Shown: one piece after another, positions 51,583 to 56,792 of the stretch
How positions within the stretch are numbered: position 1 is the stretch's first letter
Layout of the letters: each line of letters opens with the position of its first letter
Assembly: GCA_049663365.1 (NCBI GenBank)
Contig: JBATDH010000177.1
Span: 1-56,792, forward strand
Direction of reading: 5' to 3'
DNA from: Albidovulum sp.
Lineage (GTDB): Bacteria > Pseudomonadota > Alphaproteobacteria > Rhodobacterales > Rhodobacteraceae
Length of the DNA: 56,792 nucleotides
Made by a program: the position numbers and the translations under genes
The notes under the pieces: generated by a model
What the model was told of the DNA's origin: nothing
The model's input: only the letters and a program-made list of their open reading frames with translations
Database searches by the model: none

Positions 51583-53112
51583 GTGCGGGGGCCACATAAC
51601 ATCTGGCGGCTGGCCCGAACCGGGGCGACCTTTGAACGCACCGGCGCGATGAAGATCGCGCTTGAGGCGATGGATGTGCCACCGCGGTTGCGGTTGGCTG
51701 CGCGGATCTTTGGCTGGCCGTTCAAATGGCTTGGCTACCGGGGCGATCCGGCATTGCCGCCGGTTACACGGGCGCTGACAGCGCTGGGTCCGGCCTATAT
51801 CAAATTCGGCCAGGTTCTTTCGACCCGCCCCGATGTTGTGGGCGACGAACTGTCGGATCAGTTGCGGGTACTGCAAGACAAGCTGCCGCCCTTTCCGACC
51901 GATGTCGCGAAGGCGACCGTAGAGGCAGAGCTTGGTCAGCCGGTAGATACGCTTTTTTCGGAGTTTTCCGAACCTGTCGCGGCGGCCTCAATCGCGCAGG
52001 TCCACCGCGCCCGCGTGGCCGAAACCGGCGATGATGTCGCGGTCAAGGTTCTTCGCCCCGGTATCGAGCGGGCATTTCGCAGAGATATAGATGCCTTTCA
52101 CTTTGCGGCTGGGTTGATCGAATTTCTGTCGCCGGCGTCGCGTCGGTTGCGGCCATCCGAGGTGATCCGACATTTCGAAGGCGTGGTCTTGGGCGAGCTG
52201 GATTTGCGTCTTGAAAGCTCGGCTGCATCCGAATTCGCGTCCAACACGGAAAAGGATGCCGGATTTCAGGTTCCAAAACCCTATTGGCACTTGTCCTCGC
52301 GTCGGGTGATGACACTGGGCTGGGCCGAAGGCATTCCTTTGGGCGATGTCGCGGCAATCCGCGCGGCCGGGCATGATTGCGAGGCGCTGGGCGCGCGGGT
52401 CTTGCAGCTTTTCCTGAGCCACGCATTGCGCGATGGCTATTTCCACGCGGACATGCATCAGGGCAACCTCAAGATCGCGGCCAATGGCGATATCATCGCC
52501 TATGATTTCGGCATCATGGGCCAGATCGACGAATATACCCGCCGGGTCTATGCCGAGATTCTGATGGGGTTCATCAAACGTGATTACCGACGCGTCGCCG
52601 AGGTTCATTTCGAGGCGGGCTATGTGCCGCGCGACCGCGATATCGACGAATTTTCCAGGGCGCTGCGCGCGGTGGGCGAGCCTATTTTCGGGATGAATGC
52701 GACGCAGATTTCCATGGCAAAGCTGTTGGCCTATCTCTTTGAGGTGACCGAACGCTTCGGTATGGAAACCCGGACCGAACTGATCTTGTTACAGCGCACG
52801 ATGGTCGTGGTCGAAGGCGTTGCACGATCGCTCAGCGAACATGTCAATATCTGGCAGGTCGCGGGGCCGGTGGTCGAAACCTATATCAAGCAGAATATCG
52901 GCCCACAGGCGCTGCTGCGCGATCTTTTTCGCACCGTACGCGTGCTTGGGCGGTTTGGCCCCCGGTTGCCGCAACTGGCCAAAGGGCTGTTGATCAGGCA
53001 GAATGAAGCCCCCGCAACACCGTCACGAAAGTCACATTGGATTTCGGTTGGGCTGGTTTTGTTTGGGGCTGGGCTCGCTGCCGGTGCATTTGTGTTTGGG
53101 CAGAATTTCTAA
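51583..53112 (+). CDS. ubiB: Ubiquinone biosynthesis kinase-like protein
   Basis: LGPAYIKFGQ, AASIAQVH, VKV, FHADMHQGN, DFG. Confidence 0.95.
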   Translation: MRGPHNIWRLARTGATFERTGAMKIALEAMDVPPRLRLAARIFGWPFKWLGYRGDPALPPVTRALTALGPAYIKFGQVLSTRPDVVGDELSDQLRVLQDKLPPFPTDVAKATVEAELGQPVDTLFSEFSEPVAAASIAQVHRARVAETGDDVAVKVLRPGIERAFRRDIDAFHFAAGLIEFLSPASRRLRPSEVIRHFEGVVLGELDLRLESSAASEFASNTEKDAGFQVPKPYWHLSSRRVMTLGWAEGIPLGDVAAIRAAGHDCEALGARVLQLFLSHALRDGYFHADMHQGNLKIAANGDIIAYDFGIMGQIDEYTRRVYAEILMGFIKRDYRRVAEVHFEAGYVPRDRDIDEFSRALRAVGEPIFGMNATQISMAKLLAYLFEVTERFGMETRTELILLQRTMVVVEGVARSLSEHVNIWQVAGPVVETYIKQNIGPQALLRDLFRTVRVLGRFGPRLPQLAKGLLIRQNEAPATPSRKSHWISVGLVLFGAGLAAGAFVFGQNF

Positions 53113-53165
53113 AGTGCTTGGGCGTTTATCCGGCTTATCCGATCAACGCCGAACCGTTTTTAGCG

Positions 53166-53837
53166 TCAAGGTATTGAACTGCCGCGCAGCGATGTGATCT
53201 GTGCGGGCGTCACTTCAGCACCGCTTTCCATGACCAGAACTGCGCCGTCCACGCCGCTGCGAACCTCTGCGATGCGACCGAAAGCCTCGACGGAACTGGT
53301 CCCGATCAATTCCCCGGCGCTGTAACTTTCGAGCCTGAACGAATAGGCCCCCGGTGCGAGCGCGTTGCCAGCCGTATCAGTGCCCGCCCATGTCAGCGGG
53401 TCTGAGGTCAAGGGAACCTGCGCCCGCGCCACTTCACGGTTCTGGGCATCATAAGTAACCAGGACTGCCTGATCAGCATCGAGTGCCGGTGTCGGGAACA
53501 GTGTGAGCGGCATTGAACTGAACATGACGGGCGCATCCACCCGTGCCTCCATCCCGACCCATGTGGCAAGCTGTGCCATCCCGGTAAGACCCATCTGCGC
53601 GGAAAGTGATTCCAGGAGCTGGTTGGTCTTGACCTGCTGTTCAACGCCGGAAAAGGTGGCGAGTTGCGACGCATAGTCAGTTGAATCGATTGGGTTCAGC
53701 GGGTCCTGATTTTGCATCTGTGTGGTCAGCATCACCAAAAAAGTCTGGAAATCGCTTTCTATCAGCGTGCCGGATGAGGCGGCGGATTGTCCGCCTTGGG
53801 ATGTGGAGCCGGGTGTTATGGCAGCGATCGCATCCAT
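53166..53837 (-). CDS. flgD: Flagellar hook capping protein
   Basis: FLVMLTTQMQNQDPLNP, QLATFSGVEQ, GAYSF. Confidence 0.93.
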   Translation of the reverse strand: MDAIAAITPGSTSQGGQSAASSGTLIESDFQTFLVMLTTQMQNQDPLNPIDSTDYASQLATFSGVEQQVKTNQLLESLSAQMGLTGMAQLATWVGMEARVDAPVMFSSMPLTLFPTPALDADQAVLVTYDAQNREVARAQVPLTSDPLTWAGTDTAGNALAPGAYSFRLESYSAGELIGTSSVEAFGRIAEVRSGVDGAVLVMESGAEVTPAQITSLRGSSIP

Positions 53838-53849
53838 GTGGGTTTCCTT

Positions 53850-55706
53850 TCACATACGCAGGTCGAGACCAGCGTTGGCGGCACGGGTTGTCGATGTCAA
53901 AGACGACTCGATTGGTTGATCAAGCCCAGGCGTTTGGTTTGCCGCTTCACCGCTTTCCGCGGCAATGGCAGGCCTTTGCGGGCGTTGCTCCTGATCGTGT
54001 GCGAAGCTGAAATTGAGATCGTCGAAACCCATATCGCGGAAATCCTGGGCCAGAGAGTCGATATGACGGCGCAAAAGGTCCAGTGTTTCGGGTCGATCCG
54101 CCTGAATGGCCATGTTCAGGTTGCCGTCATGAGTGGCAAGGGTCATGCGCACGCGGCCCAACTCGTCTGGCGAAAGGGTTACTTCGACGGGCCGGTCGGT
54201 GAAATGGGATGCCGCGTGGGCCAAAACGCGACCAAGGTCATCAGGCAGGGCCAATGTGGGGCTGCTGACCCTGATGGGGCCCGGCGAAATATGCGCCGTG
54301 GGATGCCCGCCTAGCCCTTGCAGGCTTGGCATTGTGACCATCTGCTCAGGGTTGTCGTTTACCGGCAACGTCACCTGAACTGAGGGGTCTGAACCCATCG
54401 AGTTTGCACCCGAGGCCTCGTTTGCTGGCTTGATGACGCTGGCTGGTGCCGTTTGCGCCTGGTTCGATCGGACTTGGATTGGTTGAGGTTCTTTGCCTAT
54501 GTGCCCAGCCGACCCACTGCCACTTTGATCCGAATAGTGCTTTTGGGGCGATTGCGGCACCGACTGCACGGGGTCCACATCTAAATCGACCCCGCTCAGA
54601 TTGTCCTTCGTAAGGTTCTCAGTCATTCGCGATGTCGTCTGCACCGAAGGCCCTGCGTCATGTCCCCGATCAGGGAACGCATGTGCCAAGGCCGTCCGAT
54701 CCGCAACCAAACCGCGCCCATCCGCTGCTGGTTTGGGTTCGGTTGCCGAATACGCAACTTTTTTTTCAATTTCCGGAGATTCATGCGGCGTCGCAAATTG
54801 CGGTATTTGCCGCGCTTCGACCTGGCCGTTCCTGACACCGAATTGCCGTGCTGCGGCATCGTCGCCTGAATTTATTGGGGCCTGGGGCTTGGGGGTGATC
54901 GGTCGTAGGCTATCCGACTCGCTGATTTCTGGATCGGTTGAAAAGCCGACAGTTGGCGGCGGCATTGCCATGCGATCATTTTCACGCGCGCCTGAAGTTT
55001 CGGGTGTTGCAGGTGCCGCGCTACTGGGCGGAACTGTCAAAGCATCGTGGGTGCTGGTCGCGACGGCTGACGGCGAAGACTCTATTGGCAAGGCCGTCAT
55101 GTCGGAACTTGTTCGATCAAATGCGATTGGCGCAGCCGAGGTTTGAATAGCCGGACTCGTGTTTGCCGGCTTGGTGCCGAAGTCTGTTGGCGAAATGCCA
55201 GCGTCAGGCGTCGCGGAACCCATGGCGGTGCCGCCCTCAACCGGATTCTTCGCAGAAGATGTGTGGAGTTGAATCAATTCCGCCGCTGGCAACAAACCCT
55301 GCAATGAATTCGGTGGACTGTCTGTTTTTTTGTCACGGCCAATGCTGAATTTGCCCGCTGGCGTGCCGACAACCGCCGCCTCACTGTCACCGATGTCCAG
55401 AATCCCCATCGGACCCAATGTGCAAACCGGCCGGATCGGCGGTTTCACAAAGGGCTTGCCCACTCTCTCCGGCGATGTGGCAACAAAAACGGGTGCCGCC
55501 GTCTCAACAGCTTGGTCGGGGGGAGCCACTTCGTCGCTTATCATCTTTGCGGCAGGATGCAGATCAATCCTGTCGGTTCCATTATCACTAGGAATCATCT
55601 CTAACACGGCAGAAAACATCGCAGATGTTTCGGTCGTTGCCGCAGATTTACGATCCCCGGAGAATGGTTTGGATTGGCCGATTTCTACAAATGCAACGGT
55701 GTTCAT
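53850..55706 (-). CDS. fliK: Flagellar hook-length control protein
   Basis: Low-complexity P/A/S/T N-terminus; C-terminal LSPDELGRV...ADRPETLDLLRRH..L; start uncertain (55706 or 55742). Confidence 0.85.
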   Translation of the reverse strand: MNTVAFVEIGQSKPFSGDRKSAATTETSAMFSAVLEMIPSDNGTDRIDLHPAAKMISDEVAPPDQAVETAAPVFVATSPERVGKPFVKPPIRPVCTLGPMGILDIGDSEAAVVGTPAGKFSIGRDKKTDSPPNSLQGLLPAAELIQLHTSSAKNPVEGGTAMGSATPDAGISPTDFGTKPANTSPAIQTSAAPIAFDRTSSDMTALPIESSPSAVATSTHDALTVPPSSAAPATPETSGARENDRMAMPPPTVGFSTDPEISESDSLRPITPKPQAPINSGDDAAARQFGVRNGQVEARQIPQFATPHESPEIEKKVAYSATEPKPAADGRGLVADRTALAHAFPDRGHDAGPSVQTTSRMTENLTKDNLSGVDLDVDPVQSVPQSPQKHYSDQSGSGSAGHIGKEPQPIQVRSNQAQTAPASVIKPANEASGANSMGSDPSVQVTLPVNDNPEQMVTMPSLQGLGGHPTAHISPGPIRVSSPTLALPDDLGRVLAHAASHFTDRPVEVTLSPDELGRVRMTLATHDGNLNMAIQADRPETLDLLRRHIDSLAQDFRDMGFDDLNFSFAHDQEQRPQRPAIAAESGEAANQTPGLDQPIESSLTSTTRAANAGLDLRM

Positions 55707-55754
55707 GATACCCACGACTTCTGCCTGTGTCGCTGCCAACATGTCAGACGAAGG

Positions 55755-55770
55755 TTACCGCATCTTTACC
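55755..55770. promoter_or_regulatory. CtrA-like box between divergent fliK and flgJ
   Basis: TTAC-CGCATCT-TTACC versus consensus TTAA-N7-TTAAC. Confidence 0.55.
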
Positions 55771-55819
55771 CTCATCGGTGAATAGTCGGGAAATTCAAGT
55801 CAACTGGAGGCATCCGGAA

Positions 55820-56107
55820 ATGGCCCAAATTCTACCCACCGCCAGCCTGCAACATTCGTTGGTGGCCAAAACGGATGATCCATTGCGGGTTGCCACAGAC
55901 GCGCTTGAAACCGAATTCCTGACCGAAATGCTGAAGCCAGCAGGCTTGGGAAAACCCAGTGAGGATTTTGGCGGCGGCGTTGGCGAAGAACAATTTTCGT
56001 CGTTTCTGCGGCGCGAACAGGCCACCGAAATGGTCAGGCATGGCGGCATCGGCCTTTCCGAAAGCATTTTTGAAGCTCTGAAAAGGAGATCGCGCGATGG
56101 CGGCTGA
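55820..56107 (+). CDS. flgJ: Single-domain rod-binding FlgJ
   Basis: LETEFLTEML, FGGGVGEEQFSSF, GGIGLSESI; GGAGG RBS. Confidence 0.85.
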   Translation: MAQILPTASLQHSLVAKTDDPLRVATDALETEFLTEMLKPAGLGKPSEDFGGGVGEEQFSSFLRREQATEMVRHGGIGLSESIFEALKRRSRDGG

Positions 56108-56447
56108 CAGAATATTCCAAGAACTTGACGCGCTGCTTGGCGCAGAGCGCAGGACGATTCGTACCGGGGTATTTGCTGGCCTCGCAACAATTGTAACTCA
56201 GAAAACCGCGTTGCTGAATCGACTTGAACGCGAACTGAACCCAAAGGACTTCCGGCAGCTTGCGGCGGCAAAGAAGCATTTTGACGCAAATCAGCGGCTT
56301 CTGAAGGCAGCGTTGAGAGGTATTGAGGCTGCGCGGTCGCGCGTCGTTGCGATCAAGACCGCCAGCGCCAGCCTGAATACCTATGACAGCCACGGGCGAG
56401 CCCAATCGATCCTAACCATGTCCAGTGCAATCGAACGGCACGCGTGA
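56097..56447 (+). CDS. flgN: FlgN-like flagellar chaperone
   Basis: Helical 116 aa; NQRLL..A..G and TYD..G motifs; position between flgJ and fliC. Confidence 0.7.
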   Translation: MAADRIFQELDALLGAERRTIRTGVFAGLATIVTQKTALLNRLERELNPKDFRQLAAAKKHFDANQRLLKAALRGIEAARSRVVAIKTASASLNTYDSHGRAQSILTMSSAIERHA

Positions 56448-56493
56448 AATTTGCGCGGATTTACATCGATATCGACGCAATGAAGTTCAGACA

Positions 56494-56509
56494 TTAGCGA
56501 AACTTTAGC
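56494..56509 (+). promoter_or_regulatory. CtrA-like box upstream of flagellin
   Basis: TTAG-CGAAACT-TTAGC with N7 spacing. Confidence 0.5.
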
Positions 56510-56661
56510 TGTTGGCCGACATCGTCCAATTTGCATCCTCCACTGGATGGCGCGAAGCCGGATGAGAAACCGGCGATCGCATCGGTCAGAATGCCTTGGT
56601 CGCCGTCGATTGACGGCATGTGAAACCCGACGCAAAGCGTCGATCCATCGAAGGACGAACA

Positions 56662-56792
56662 ATGTCTAGTATTCTCACCAACACCAGCGCCATGGTCGCG
56701 CTGCAAACCCTGCGTGGCATCAACACCAATCTCGCCAAGACCCAGGACGAAATCTCCACCGGAAAGATGGTCGGTTCGGCCAAGGATAACGC
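56662..56792 (+). CDS. fliC: Flagellin, 3' truncated (absent from the ORF track)
   Basis: AAGGA RBS; translates MSSILTNTSAMVALQTLRGINTNLAKTQDEISTGKMVGSAKDN. Confidence 0.93.
   Translation, partial: MSSILTNTSAMVALQTLRGINTNLAKTQDEISTGKMVGSAKDN

Overview
GC-rich alphaproteobacterial chromosome segment. Gene content and order point to Rhodobacteraceae (inference). Left arm (1-14.5 kb): housekeeping genes pmbA/tldE, cysQ-like, class II aldolase, waaA-like, lpxK, CoA-transferase, dsbA-like, mutY, alkB, ccrM and rnhB, then a membrane-anchored winged-helix regulator module. Middle (14.6-34.8 kb): an accessory block with two uncharacterised systems. (i) A four-gene operon encoding a nitrilase-family amidase, a large PLP decarboxylase, an ATP-grasp ligase and a C45 Ntn-hydrolase. 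(ii) An operon of three dynamin-like GTPases plus roadblock-like proteins, divergent from a membrane Ser/Thr kinase (periplasmic PDZ-like domains), FHA protein and PP2C phosphatase operon. These are followed by frmA and a DddQ-like cupin. Right arm: serA-serC-serB with a serC leader RNA, asparaginase II, ialB, gyrB-recF-dnaN-dnaA-rpsT, mutM, ubiE-ubiB and the start of a flagellar cluster (flgD, fliK, flgJ, flgN, fliC). Non-coding signals: GANTC clusters at ccrM and dnaA, an NrdR-like box at gyrB, CtrA-like boxes at the flagellar promoters and a three-copy dispersed repeat. No rRNA, tRNA, CRISPR array, transposase or integrase was recognised. All calls come from motif reading by eye; no database searches were run.
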